Sequence record: PV419677.1
Source of the DNA: a phage
Length of the DNA stretch: 64,000 bases
Strand: one strand, 5' to 3'
Shown here piece after piece: positions 47,957 to 58,286 of this stretch (the stretch's first letter is position 1; each line of letters begins with the position of its first letter). The notes beneath the pieces were generated by a model. It saw only the letters and a program-made list of their open reading frames with translations, was not told where the DNA came from and did no database searches. A program made the translations under genes and the position numbers.

Positions 47957-48415
47957 TTAGATATAAATCACTTTTGTGCTAATTTTTCCTTCCAGACGAT
48001 TAGAGTTAACAAACGCCATACGACAACACATGGTCGGAGACTTCCCAGGAATAGCGGGGTTAACTGTCATTCCTAACCACAGGTTCTTGTCTGTGATTTC
48101 CAGACGAAGTGGACGGTAGTTCACATTCGGGTCAATTTGTGCTTCAACTTCCGGGAGTGGTTTCATTTCCAGGAATTCAACGATTTCTTTTACATGTGGT
48201 GTGATTTTTCCAAACAAGTCAAAAACATATTGTTCATCAATTTCACGTTGGATTGCACGGTCCAACAGGTGCGGACTGTACTTAATGAAGAATGCTTCAA
48301 GGCCTGCTTCTTTACAAGCCTTGTTGATAGCATTATTAATTTTGAGGAACTCCGTTTCAAAAATGCGACGAAGTTTATTGCGGCGAATGTAAACACTTGA
48401 ATCGATAGTAGTCAT
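47957..48415 (-). CDS. hypothetical protein
   Basis: start trimmed to ATG 48413-48415 with AAGGAG SD; early promoter-like motif at 48425-48480. Confidence 0.45.
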   Translation of the reverse strand: MTTIDSSVYIRRNKLRRIFETEFLKINNAINKACKEAGLEAFFIKYSPHLLDRAIQREIDEQYVFDLFGKITPHVKEIVEFLEMKPLPEVEAQIDPNVNYRPLRLEITDKNLWLGMTVNPAIPGKSPTMCCRMAFVNSNRLEGKISTKVIYI

Positions 48416-48471
48416 GATTATCTCCTTTTGTTTGATGGGATAATCATAACTCATTTCAATCTGCTTGTACA

Positions 48472-49051
<580 letters not shown>

Positions 49052-49055
<4 letters not shown>

Positions 49056-49285
49056 TTCACTTCCTCGCCAGTTGCGATATCATATTCCACCAAACGAATG
49101 CCGTCAGTCCAACCTTGCACGGAGATATAAGTAGTTGGATAAATCATTTCTTTACCATTCCACTGACCGCCATTCCAGACTTCCAGAAAGTCTTGTTCAC
49201 CGGGTCCATTAAACCATTCAACAAATCTTTTCAGAGCTGCGTCAGAACCTTCAATAGTCAATTTAGACATATTTTTTCCAGTCAC
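49052..49285 (-). CDS. hypothetical protein
   Basis: 77 aa ORF. Confidence 0.4.
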
Positions 49286-49562
49286 TAATTAATCGCACAT
49301 CCTGGTCATAGGTCAGGAGGCTACGAGTTATAATACCCTTACACGGTCCAGAAATAAATTCCAGAGTAAAGTAAGGAACCAACTTCATCAAGCGAATACT
49401 CGGAGCAGTGCAACGAAATCTGGACCCAATAAAAGGTCCAGACAAAAACACATACTCAAAGAAATTAGCTTTATTAAAGATTTCATAATTCTTTACGAAA
49501 TCCTCAGACCGAACCTTTGGGCTAAAATAGATTTGGTCAAAAAGCTCTTCATGGGTCATCAT
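49263..49562 (-). CDS. hypothetical protein
   Basis: 99 aa ORF. Confidence 0.4.
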   Translation of the reverse strand: MMTHEELFDQIYFSPKVRSEDFVKNYEIFNKANFFEYVFLSGPFIGSRFRCTAPSIRLMKLVPYFTLEFISGPCKGIITRSLLTYDQDVRLISDWKKYV

Positions 49563-50101
49563 TGCATTCCTATCACAAAGAACAGAGGACGTGTGGTTTG
49601 ATTGGTTTCTTCACATGATGCACGACAACAATGTTGCACTACCTTTATATGAGCATCATAAATCTTATCCATATCAGGCGTTTTAACAGGCTCATCAATT
49701 ATATACAGAACCCGTGAAAGTGATAATCCACGGAATTTGCATGCAGTGTTACCAATAAAACTACGAACAGAATCAGTGTACAAACGGTACTTAATACTTT
49801 CTGTATGGTTATTAAAATATTCCTTTCGGATTGCAGTAGCCGAAACATTAGCATACGCGGCGCAATTAGACAAAATAATTACAGTCCCACCACCTGCGAG
49901 CCAATCAGACGCAAAAATGGATACTGCCCTTGTTTTACCAGATTGGCGTCCACCATCAAGTTTTAGGGTGCAGTATTCTTTAAACAGGGTTTGTGAATCG
50001 GGTACATAAAACCCACTATTACAAATGTGTTCTACTCTAGCATCAGAATGGTTTGCAAAAGCATTCATCAGGGATAGATAACTACCGGTTAAAAATTTCA
50101 T
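49559..50101 (-). CDS. small P-loop NTPase
   Basis: 180 aa; Walker A GGRQSGKT, Walker B-like LYIIDEP. Confidence 0.45.
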   Translation of the reverse strand: MKFLTGSYLSLMNAFANHSDARVEHICNSGFYVPDSQTLFKEYCTLKLDGGRQSGKTRAVSIFASDWLAGGGTVIILSNCAAYANVSATAIRKEYFNNHTESIKYRLYTDSVRSFIGNTACKFRGLSLSRVLYIIDEPVKTPDMDKIYDAHIKVVQHCCRASCEETNQTTRPLFFVIGMQ

Positions 50102-50244
50102 AGTTGTCTCTTAGTTGTGGGGCCGTTCCTTGGCGCATCATTCATCCCTTCCTGCATTTACCCATTACCGCACTCGGGCTCGACCTTATTACAGGTTGGC
50201 GGGAGTCCCTCAGGATTGAGGTCCAGGTTGCTCCCATTTAATTA

Positions 50245-50508
50245 TTACGCTTTACCGCCAGAAACAATACCAAAGGTATCAAAATCCCATTCAATATTGT
50301 CAACATCAACTTTCTTACCAGCAACCACGAATGCGATTTCGCGGCGTTTTGCATAGGTAACAATTTCTTTACCATCGCCGCCAAAGAAAGAATAACCATT
50401 GCGCTTCATGGTGCCAAAGTCTTCAGCATCACCAGCGAAGGCGCGGACTTTAAAAGCACCGGTAGGAGCTTTAGCAGATTCAGTAATAAATTCTTGATAA
50501 GTTTTCAT
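50245..50508 (-). CDS. internal protein (IPII-like) with capsid targeting sequence
   Basis: start trimmed to ATG 50506-50508; MKTYQEFITE CTS; GDAEDF...KRNGYSF shared with 61805-62104. Confidence 0.6.
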   Translation of the reverse strand: MKTYQEFITESAKAPTGAFKVRAFAGDAEDFGTMKRNGYSFFGGDGKEIVTYAKRREIAFVVAGKKVDVDNIEWDFDTFGIVSGGKA

Positions 50509-50556
50509 TTTATATTCCATTGTTTGGTTGATAAAATCATTATACAACCTTTTTAG

Positions 50557-50973
50557 TTAAGCGTACACAGCTTTCCCATAGTATTTGTACCAGGTAGGCT
50601 TTTGAGAAATTTTCTCATTCAGTCTGGCTTGACTGATTTCAATTGACCAGATTGATGGTTGATAATCATTTTTCCATTCATCAGGAATATCACTTAAATC
50701 TTGGGTAGAAATATCTTTTATGTTAAACCCTCGCTTTAAACATTCTGCAATAAGTTCTTGATGACGGTTTTTAAGGAACAAAAGTTTATCATAAAAGAAG
50801 GTAACATGACCAGTCCCTAAAAGAAAAGATGATGGAATTTTAAAGTCAGAAACCTTTTTACCATTTTGCACATGCTTACGAACAGCGCCAAAAACGCGAG
50901 GAAGTTCACGATATTCAGCCATAAGATGTTGGTCAGCAAGTTCAGATACCAGGGTTAAATTAATGCGAGTCAT
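50557..50973 (-). CDS. denV: endonuclease V (pyrimidine dimer DNA glycosylase) DenV
   Basis: 138 aa; [34 protein letters not shown] matches remembered T4 DenV. Confidence 0.9.
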   Translation of the reverse strand: MTRINLTLVSELADQHLMAEYRELPRVFGAVRKHVQNGKKVSDFKIPSSFLLGTGHVTFFYDKLLFLKNRHQELIAECLKRGFNIKDISTQDLSDIPDEWKNDYQPSIWSIEISQARLNEKISQKPTWYKYYGKAVYA

Positions 50974-51028
50974 GTTTGTTCTCCGTAGTTGATAGGGTCA
51001 TTATAACCCTATCATTTGGAGATGTACA

Positions 51029-51517
51029 CTAATATGCGTCAAAAGTTCCGGTACGGAACGTTTCTATAACTCGTTTGGCTCGGTTCGGAGTCTGGACTTT
51101 ATACCATCTTGAGTCCGCCAGTTCCTTAGCAGCCGCTTCCCATGATTTAGCCTTCAGAAGTCGCATACCCTTAGGAAAACCAGCAACACCAGCAACACCC
51201 ATCTGGAATACCATATTAATGAGTGCACAACGACGAACTTCATCAAGTACATCATAAACAGGTTTTAAGACAGGGTGTCTCAAGATTCCGGCTTTAGCTT
51301 TTTCGACCGAACGATTAAACAATGTTTCAGCTTCGTGTTGGGTTATACGGCCATTACAGACACGACCCATGAGCTTGTCGAGCTCGGCGCGAGCGACATC
51401 TTTAGATGGGTTCTTAGTTATCAGTTGCCCGATACCAATGGTCCAATAGCCTTCAGTATCTTTATACAAATCCAACTTACAACCTTCATCTATGCGTAAC
51501 ATTTCGAATATATTCAT
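51029..51517 (-). CDS. e: lysozyme (gene e endolysin)
   Basis: 162 aa; [12 protein letters not shown]...[13 protein letters not shown] matches remembered T4 lysozyme. Confidence 0.9.
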   Translation of the reverse strand: MNIFEMLRIDEGCKLDLYKDTEGYWTIGIGQLITKNPSKDVARAELDKLMGRVCNGRITQHEAETLFNRSVEKAKAGILRHPVLKPVYDVLDEVRRCALINMVFQMGVAGVAGFPKGMRLLKAKSWEAAAKELADSRWYKVQTPNRAKRVIETFRTGTFDAY

Positions 51518-51543
51518 AATACCCCCTTATATAGGGGTATTTA

Positions 51544-52077
51544 TTATCCGAAAATTTGAGTCATTACCTTGTACATCGATTTACCCATCACATACTGCCA
51601 TTGACTCGGTTTAATCAAAGCAAATGCATCGAACTCTGGAACCGAACTACCATCCGGAAAGGTATGATAGGCAGAGCATTTACTATGTCTGAACTGCTCA
51701 TGCTCGACCGGAACCGTGTACAAAAACAGGTGAAGGTTTTTATTATCTGAATAACGGAACTCACCCAGGTCCTTTAAGAATGCTGGGTCATATTGGGTAA
51801 ACCCAGTTTCTTCTTCGCATTCACGGATAGCAGCTTCAATCGGGGATTCACATGCTTCAACATGACCCTTAGGGATGTCCCATTTGTGCGCAGGCATACC
51901 TGGTTTACGAGAACCGGTAACACGACCCATGAACAACTCTTTATCTTCAGTCATGAAAATAATGCCAGCAGATAATTCTTTCACCTTGTTTTTCTTACTC
52001 ATCGTCGCGCTTCCAAGATTTTTTAAAGATTTCGGCCATAATAGTTTCAACGCATGTTTCTGTTGATGGGCTTTCAC
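51544..52077 (-). CDS. nudE: Nudix hydrolase NudE-like
   Basis: 177 aa; Nudix box GHVEACESPIEAAIRECEEETGF. Confidence 0.75.
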   Translation of the reverse strand: MKAHQQKHALKLLWPKSLKNLGSATMSKKNKVKELSAGIIFMTEDKELFMGRVTGSRKPGMPAHKWDIPKGHVEACESPIEAAIRECEEETGFTQYDPAFLKDLGEFRYSDNKNLHLFLYTVPVEHEQFRHSKCSAYHTFPDGSSVPEFDAFALIKPSQWQYVMGKSMYKVMTQIFG

Positions 52078-52231
52078 TATCAGTTATTCGAACCATATAG
52101 TCGGAAATTGGTCGGAACATATCCAAGTCAGTTTCTAAATCATCTTTGATTTTCTCTTCTGATGTACCTGTATCATAGGAATACAGATAAGAATCACACG
52201 ACTCTGATTTAATATAAATTGCAATACTCAT
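51995..52231 (-). CDS. hypothetical acidic protein
   Basis: 78 aa ORF; start uncertain (overlap with nudE). Confidence 0.35.
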   Translation of the reverse strand: MSIAIYIKSESCDSYLYSYDTGTSEEKIKDDLETDLDMFRPISDYMVRITDSESPSTETCVETIMAEIFKKSWKRDDE

Positions 52232-52815
52232 TTACGGCATTCCTCAATAAAAGAGTTCAATGTATTTTTCTTGGCGATATCGTCGTATACCTTTTTAACT
52301 TTAGAAATACGAAAAGGTACTTCAATAACCATAGTCCATAAAAGTGATGCAATAAGTCCAACAGCAGCAGAAGAAACGCACGCGCCCATTACAGCTACAG
52401 GTGCTTCATTTTTACCTGTCAGGAAAAACCACAGGATTGGTAAAAATAAGATTCCAGCCCATGCATAAAATCTGGAACAAATTAACTTATCAAATTCATC
52501 TTTCCAGGTACGAAATCCATATTTCTTGCTATAAGAAATTAATGGGTCTGGTGTCTGTTCTTTGAGTGGTTCTGGTTGATGCCCATTAATGATGTATCCC
52601 ATTTTATATTCCTTAATTAAAAGCTCTTTCATATGACGATTGCATCGCGACCAATCAACATTTTCAACCTTGATTCCTTCATCACCATCATCAAGGTTTG
52701 CCCAATATTTTTTGGTAATCATAAATTCATCTCTTGATACAATTATACCTGCATTTTCTGCCCGCCGGATGAAGTTTACATCAACACCCATACAGCCAGG
52801 TTCATAAAGGGCCAT
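52228..52815 (-). CDS. membrane protein with C-terminal FIEECRK motif
   Basis: 195 aa; TM segments in C-terminal half. Confidence 0.45.
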   Translation of the reverse strand: MALYEPGCMGVDVNFIRRAENAGIIVSRDEFMITKKYWANLDDGDEGIKVENVDWSRCNRHMKELLIKEYKMGYIINGHQPEPLKEQTPDPLISYSKKYGFRTWKDEFDKLICSRFYAWAGILFLPILWFFLTGKNEAPVAVMGACVSSAAVGLIASLLWTMVIEVPFRISKVKKVYDDIAKKNTLNSFIEECRK

Positions 52816-53558
52816 TACCAGCCCTCCATGGGGAATTCCAGATATACTTGAGCATTAACGCGGATTTCATTTGTAATCTTTTTAACACGGTCGGTATTAC
52901 GAGACACACGACCAAACCAGCGCCAGCCGTTACTTACTGCGCGGGAACCTGTATGCCATGTCTGCCAATCAAACTGGAGCAACGTGCGGTCAGGAGCATC
53001 CCACTTAGTTAATTCATTGGACTCAATTTTTTCCAGAACTTCTTTATGCCACTGTCGATAGATAAGTTCACCATCAGGAATCTGACTAAATTGCGCAGTT
53101 CCTGTTGCAAAATAAGTAGGACACACATCAGCGTTAACAAGACCAAGAATATGTTCAGAATGGTAACGAGGATTATCATAATCAGGTTGTCCTGCGGTAA
53201 TAAAGTGTCGACCAACCGGAATATCTGGGCGTGGTACATCATCATGGTGATAACCTGGGATAGCAGGATACCAACCAGGCATCAGCATATGAACCCGGGA
53301 ATCAAATACAACCTGGTCAGTGTTCCAATCATCCGGCAGACTCATGATAAAGCTACGAGTAATAGGACCGCCATTGTCAAAAGCGAAAGCCAATGAGCTG
53401 TTGAAGAACATAGTTTCGTTTTTGATTTTATCATTAGAAATTTTACCAGCGAAACTACCTACTGCATGAGCTTGGGAATTAAAAGTTTTTGGACCGTTCA
53501 TAATATTTTCCTCATTGATTGTGGGACCATTGTGTCGTAGTCCCACTTGGATATACAC
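52815..53558 (-). CDS. hypothetical protein
   Basis: 247 aa ORF. Confidence 0.5.
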   Translation of the reverse strand: MYIQVGLRHNGPTINEENIMNGPKTFNSQAHAVGSFAGKISNDKIKNETMFFNSSLAFAFDNGGPITRSFIMSLPDDWNTDQVVFDSRVHMLMPGWYPAIPGYHHDDVPRPDIPVGRHFITAGQPDYDNPRYHSEHILGLVNADVCPTYFATGTAQFSQIPDGELIYRQWHKEVLEKIESNELTKWDAPDRTLLQFDWQTWHTGSRAVSNGWRWFGRVSRNTDRVKKITNEIRVNAQVYLEFPMEGW

Positions 53559-53560
53559 AA

Positions 53561-54541
53561 TTATTTTTCGAAAGGACGAATTAAATGTTGGTTAGCCTTG
53601 AAACGTTTAACATAGTCTTCGTGACCCAGGGTGTTGTACATATTAACCACTTCCTGGTAATGTTCCCAGGCATACTCGCGGAACCATCCAGAAGTAATGG
53701 AGGTACAGACTTTTTCTAGTGCAATATGGAAGCTCACGGATGGAGAAATATTGAACTCATTAGGAACCTGCGAACGCTCCAGAGCAAGTACACATGCTTC
53801 TTCATAAACCCCAGCCAGTTTAATAATCTCAGGGAGTGCTTCAAATTTTTCACGCGAGGTCATAACTTCTGAATTATCCTTCATATAGAACTTATATGCA
53901 GGCTTATCAGCAAGCGCCACGGCCTCGTGGATGGAGTCATGGTCAAGGGTATAGATTGTATCATTAAAGAAAGCTTTCTTATCCACGTCTAGTTTAGGGT
54001 GGCTATATGACAATGTTTCTGCCTGGCGCTGCAGCATGATTTTATGCAGTTCGTCATTAAGAACAACCCCCTTATTGCGAAGGTAATTAATATGACTCAT
54101 GGTCTTCAGGAAGAATGGATTGTTCTTCAGGTAACGATGAGACAATTTAATTGCCAGACAAATATCAGGAGTCGCCCAATAGAAACCAGATAGACGGTCT
54201 TTCTGAATATTTGCCTTCGCATATTTGAGTAAACGATAACTGGAGGTAAAATCTTCCTCTTGTAGCTCATCAGTCAGCTCACGAACACTTGTCAATGCGC
54301 GGACGATGTACGCTTCAAAATAGGTTTCTTTACCATTGTGCATACATTTAAAAGCTTGAACATCTGGGTTATCCACATGCACATGTTGTCCCATCATCTG
54401 GGTTTTAAAGCTATTCCAGGAGCCCTGGTCAGCGATAAAGTCCCAATCAGAGTTTTCAATTTTCTGACTTTCAATCAGACCAGCGTTATGTAATGCACGA
54501 GAACCAATAACTAACATCATAATATTTTCCTCAAATAACAC
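53561..54541 (-). CDS. hypothetical protein
   Basis: 326 aa ORF. Confidence 0.5.
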   Translation of the reverse strand: MLFEENIMMLVIGSRALHNAGLIESQKIENSDWDFIADQGSWNSFKTQMMGQHVHVDNPDVQAFKCMHNGKETYFEAYIVRALTSVRELTDELQEEDFTSSYRLLKYAKANIQKDRLSGFYWATPDICLAIKLSHRYLKNNPFFLKTMSHINYLRNKGVVLNDELHKIMLQRQAETLSYSHPKLDVDKKAFFNDTIYTLDHDSIHEAVALADKPAYKFYMKDNSEVMTSREKFEALPEIIKLAGVYEEACVLALERSQVPNEFNISPSVSFHIALEKVCTSITSGWFREYAWEHYQEVVNMYNTLGHEDYVKRFKANQHLIRPFEK

Positions 54542-54772
54542 TTAAATTTCAGCAGCAGAGATATTAGATTCATCTATCATCTCAGAGGCGGACCCCTTAA
54601 CGATAGGAACCAATTTGCCATAGAGGTCTTCATTGTAAGGGTCGTTGATACAGTGTGCATCTTCAAAACAAACACCGTAATCAGACTTCTTATAAACGAG
54701 ACCGTAAATCTTTGTAAACTTAGCACGACTAATTTTTACAGGCTCATCAGTCATTGGGGCGTAATACCACAT
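54542..54772 (-). CDS. hypothetical protein
   Basis: 76 aa ORF. Confidence 0.4.
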   Translation of the reverse strand: MWYYAPMTDEPVKISRAKFTKIYGLVYKKSDYGVCFEDAHCINDPYNEDLYGKLVPIVKGSASEMIDESNISAAEI

Positions 54773-54875
54773 AATGTTTTCCTCATTAGTTGACGAAATA
54801 ATGATACTACATTTCTTTAGGCTTGTACACTAAATTTCTGCACATAAGTCCTCCTACCACATCCGTGTGGCTAAA

Positions 54876-55103
54876 TTATTTTCCCAACGAAATACGAGTA
54901 GGTTTTTTGCCAAAATATTCTTCATAAGAACCATCTAAACGACCTGCTTTAGACCGACAATATGAATCATACTTTTTATAATAGGTCAACTCGGTATTAT
55001 AACGTGGGTGTCTATCAGCCATAATAATACTTAACGGCCAACCTTTGGCATAATCGCGAAGACCATTTATTTTACGAATGTATCTTTTCTTTAATTTTAG
55101 CAT
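54876..55103 (-). CDS. hypothetical basic protein
   Basis: 75 aa ORF. Confidence 0.4.
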   Translation of the reverse strand: MLKLKKRYIRKINGLRDYAKGWPLSIIMADRHPRYNTELTYYKKYDSYCRSKAGRLDGSYEEYFGKKPTRISLGK

Positions 55104-55321
55104 GAGCTCGGGTACCAGATTTTACCATCGGAGCGAGCAACGAAGGTACGACCAGCTTCTTCACCATAACAAGAGCTATTCAGCCAATCTTCAAGACGAA
55201 CTTCACCGTCGTAATCATCTAGCTCAACACCAAAATCTTGAGCGTTAGCCATATCTTTTACTTTCTTATACAGCGCAGCCAGTTCAAGAGCTGCTTTTTC
55301 CAATTCATTAATATTAGACAT
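55097..55321 (-). CDS. W-x-SS-C C-terminal family member 1
   Basis: 74 aa; ends KIWYPSSC; internal WLNSSCYGEE. Confidence 0.5.
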   Translation of the reverse strand: MSNINELEKAALELAALYKKVKDMANAQDFGVELDDYDGEVRLEDWLNSSCYGEEAGRTFVARSDGKIWYPSSC

Positions 55322-55330
55322 TTTTATTCC

Positions 55331-55561
55331 TTAGCAAGACATAGAGGAGTTAAACCAGAAACCCTGGCCATCATTGATGCCATAATCACTGCGAATCCAG
55401 TCATATTCTTCATATTCTTCGCTAGAAGCCGGAATATAACGTTGGAAACGGTCTGCGGCGTGTAAATTAAAAATTTCACCGGTTTTATCGGCTAACTGCT
55501 CACCTTCACAGATTAGTGCACGGATTTGGTCTTCAATTTCTTTAACAGTTTTAGTAGTCAT
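55331..55561 (-). CDS. W-x-SS-x-C C-terminal family member 2
   Basis: 76 aa; ends FWFNSSMSC. Confidence 0.5.
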   Translation of the reverse strand: MTTKTVKEIEDQIRALICEGEQLADKTGEIFNLHAADRFQRYIPASSEEYEEYDWIRSDYGINDGQGFWFNSSMSC

Positions 55562-55570
55562 TTTATAACC

Positions 55571-55783
55571 TTAGCATTCATAAGAGGAGGACACCCAAGA
55601 GGTACCGCTAATAGTAATACAACCATTATAAAGCGTAATATGTTGTTCCAGATTACGCTGACCGTCAATATAGATATCAGCTTCTTCGCGTTCTTCTTTG
55701 CAAATCTGGATAACGTTTTCAATAGCTGCCGCGGCAGTACGGATTGCACAATCTAATTCACGAGACATATAATTCCTTAACAT
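55571..55783 (-). CDS. WVSSS-x-EC C-terminal family member 3
   Basis: 70 aa; ends SWVSSSYEC. Confidence 0.5.
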   Translation of the reverse strand: MLRNYMSRELDCAIRTAAAAIENVIQICKEEREEADIYIDGQRNLEQHITLYNGCITISGTSWVSSSYEC

Positions 55784-56058
55784 TCAGAAGAGGAGGACAC
55801 CCAACCGCCATTTTCTAGGTCGGTTGTGTAGTCATGAGTATTAACAATAGCCCATTCAGGATGACCATCTTCTTCCCAATGAGCAAGGTCAGCTTTCAAG
55901 GCGCCAGGAGAATAATAGTCACCGCCCATACCGCGAGCAGGGTATATATTAAAATGAGTCTCATATTTGTCTGCAATTTCCTCAGCACGGCGAATGGCTT
56001 CATGGATTTCTTTTACTGCGGCCAGAAGCTCTGGTTGGTTATGGTTATCATTCATCAT
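55777..56058 (-). CDS. WVSSS-x-EC C-terminal family member 4
   Basis: start trimmed to ATG 56056-56058 (GAGG SD), 1 nt after upstream stop; ends GGWVSSSSEC. Confidence 0.5.
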   Translation of the reverse strand: MMNDNHNQPELLAAVKEIHEAIRRAEEIADKYETHFNIYPARGMGGDYYSPGALKADLAHWEEDGHPEWAIVNTHDYTTDLENGGWVSSSSEC

Positions 56059-56059
56059 A

Positions 56060-56350
56060 TTAGCACACCTCAGAAGAGGAAACCCATGCACCAACAGTAA
56101 CAACACCGTTTTCAACTCGCCCGCCGTTGTTTTCAATATGGTGAGCAAACCATTCAGAACATTCATAACCAACTGGATGATATGTACGGCCGGTGCCATA
56201 ATCGCCAGTGCTGAATTCAATACCGTACTTGTCGGCAATTTCTTCACATTTGGATTCGATGGTGTCTACTTTACTCAACAGGTCATAGATGGCTTTTTCT
56301 GCAGATTTCTCGTCGGTGTATCCAGGGATTTCAATTTCAATTTTATTCAT
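56060..56350 (-). CDS. WVSSS-x-EC C-terminal family member 5
   Basis: 96 aa; ends GAWVSSSEVC. Confidence 0.5.
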   Translation of the reverse strand: MNKIEIEIPGYTDEKSAEKAIYDLLSKVDTIESKCEEIADKYGIEFSTGDYGTGRTYHPVGYECSEWFAHHIENNGGRVENGVVTVGAWVSSSEVC

Positions 56351-56700
56351 GATTTACATTCCTTAATAAAGGTTTCAAGGTCATTACGTTTTGTTTTGTC
56401 TAGGAACTTATTATACTCAGCCATTGCCAAAGCGTATCTCTTCCGGCTAGGAGCATTCACGGCGTTTGTATGACAGATATCATACACAACAGGGATAAAA
56501 TAAGCCACAACAGCCGGAGCGATTATCATAAAGAACCCCATCTCAATAGGCATGACTCCCTCGATTGCAGCCATAACCGTGGTCATTACCAGACCAACCA
56601 AACCACCGAGCATGGCGGTGACAATTCCCAATAATAAATTGCCGCCAATATCATATTCAGCCAATTGATAAACATGTGATGCAAGACTAGGCCGTTCCAT
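56347..56700 (-). CDS. membrane protein with C-terminal FIKECKS motif
   Basis: start trimmed to ATG 56698-56700 with AAGGAGG SD; two TM helices. Confidence 0.45.
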   Translation of the reverse strand: MERPSLASHVYQLAEYDIGGNLLLGIVTAMLGGLVGLVMTTVMAAIEGVMPIEMGFFMIIAPAVVAYFIPVVYDICHTNAVNAPSRKRYALAMAEYNKFLDKTKRNDLETFIKECKS

Positions 56701-57046
56701 TACGAACCTCCTTAATAAATTCTTCGGCACATTTAATTTTGTGCTCTTCTTGTAGGGAAACACATTTTTGTTCCCACTCTTTAACTCGCCCACGATATCC
56801 TTTATTCATATGATTTTGATGCCACGCATTTATCAATATCATACTCAGGACCGTAATAAAAGGAGCTGCGATTATTAGCGCCCAGGCAACTCCAACACTA
56901 ATGATATCCATATCCCCACAAAGCACCATCATTATAACCCCAACGATGCACATGGACAAAGCTCCAAATGGAGGCATAAGGTCTTTATCAATCTTGTCTG
57001 CGTATACAAATTTTTCTGGTTTACTTGGCAGATATAACGTTCGCAT
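56687..57046 (-). CDS. membrane protein with C-terminal EEFIKEV motif
   Basis: start trimmed to ATG 57044-57046 with AAGGGG SD; two TM helices. Confidence 0.45.
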   Translation of the reverse strand: MRTLYLPSKPEKFVYADKIDKDLMPPFGALSMCIVGVIMMVLCGDMDIISVGVAWALIIAAPFITVLSMILINAWHQNHMNKGYRGRVKEWEQKCVSLQEEHKIKCAEEFIKEVRNGTA

Positions 57047-57593
57047 TTTGAACCCCTTTAGCATATTCACGACATTCAGCAATAAAACGATTAAGCTTAC
57101 GTTTCCGTTTACGACTCTCTAATGTATACTCAGCCGCCAAATCAAGAAGCTCATCTTTATCATAATTTTTAATATCAGTATAAGCTGGGCGGCGGTCAAC
57201 CATTCCAAATACATCGCCATTCTCTAGCGCCACATAACATACTAAATGGTAATCATCATCGGCCACATTAAGAAGTACGCAATCGTTGCTCTCGTTTAAA
57301 GCATACACTGAATAACGTAGTCCAGCGAATTCTGCTTGTTGGATACTCAGATTTACATCAATAATTTCCAAGGCATCTGCAAAAGAAAGGTCTTCAGCTA
57401 AAGCAAAAATAAAAGGCAATTTTGTAGTATCGCCGCGGCTAGTTGTTCTTCTTAAGAAATCATTGGAATAACCCAGGTCACCACGGATTCTATAAAGAAC
57501 TGTGTTAGTTTCAGTGGCAAGACCGCTCCCACCAAACCAATCTACATTTGATATAAGGTCAGTATATAAGCTCATAATATTCTCCTCTCCCAA
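57021..57593 (-). CDS. hypothetical protein with C-terminal RFIAECREY motif
   Basis: 190 aa ORF. Confidence 0.45.
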   Translation of the reverse strand: MGEENIMSLYTDLISNVDWFGGSGLATETNTVLYRIRGDLGYSNDFLRRTTSRGDTTKLPFIFALAEDLSFADALEIIDVNLSIQQAEFAGLRYSVYALNESNDCVLLNVADDDYHLVCYVALENGDVFGMVDRRPAYTDIKNYDKDELLDLAAEYTLESRKRKRKLNRFIAECREYAKGVQNANVISAK

Positions 57594-57617
57594 TTAGGGG
57601 GCAAAGCCCCCTTTATC

Positions 57618-58211
57618 TTACTTAAGTGAATTGATGTATTCTTCAATGTCAGCGGACGTGGTATCCACACCAACCTGTGGGCCTTTGAAGGTTTCAACAC
57701 GCATCAGGGTGTCTTCAATATCAATCTTAGTCAATGCAGCGATTTCAACAACATCATCTGCAGTCGCAATACCCAGGGCAGATACCTTACGGGTTTCGCG
57801 GATGTATTCCAGTTTAACAGCTAGTTCCTGACGAGAATCATCCAGCTCTTTAACTTTCAATTTAATTTCATTACGCATTTCAACATAATCATCGGCCTTC
57901 TTACGAAGTTGTTTAGCAGTGCGGCGATACAGGAGACCCAGTTTAGCATGGACCTGGACATCCGCACCATCAGCAATCAGTTTGCGGATTTCACGCTCTT
58001 TTGAAGCGGCGAGTTGGTCTTTTTCATCGGCCAACGCACGAATGCGTTTTTCTTCATTAACAGACTTAACGTGGGCGGTCTGGAGCTCAGTAATCTTGTC
58101 AATCAGGGTAGAAGCCGCTTGAGTATATTGGTCTTCAATAGACAGGTTTTTTGCCATTGCAGTACCCAGTTTGGAGCGGATGAATTCAACAAGTTTCTTT
58201 AAAGTATTCAT
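57618..58211 (-). CDS. coiled-coil protein (possibly PspA/IM30-like)
   Basis: 197 aa, heptad-rich alpha-helical sequence; family assignment weak. Confidence 0.35.
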   Translation of the reverse strand: MNTLKKLVEFIRSKLGTAMAKNLSIEDQYTQAASTLIDKITELQTAHVKSVNEEKRIRALADEKDQLAASKEREIRKLIADGADVQVHAKLGLLYRRTAKQLRKKADDYVEMRNEIKLKVKELDDSRQELAVKLEYIRETRKVSALGIATADDVVEIAALTKIDIEDTLMRVETFKGPQVGVDTTSADIEEYINSLK

Positions 58212-58286
58212 GGTATTTCCTTCAGTTGGTTAATGTTTTATTATCCAGGGAACATACTATCATGTTCCCAGAGGTATGTAAACATT

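Noticed and set aside
53561-54541. Second nucleotidyltransferase (GS...DWD near the N-terminus)
   Set aside because: Spacing between GS and the acidic pair is about 19 residues, longer than typical; too weak to call by eye.
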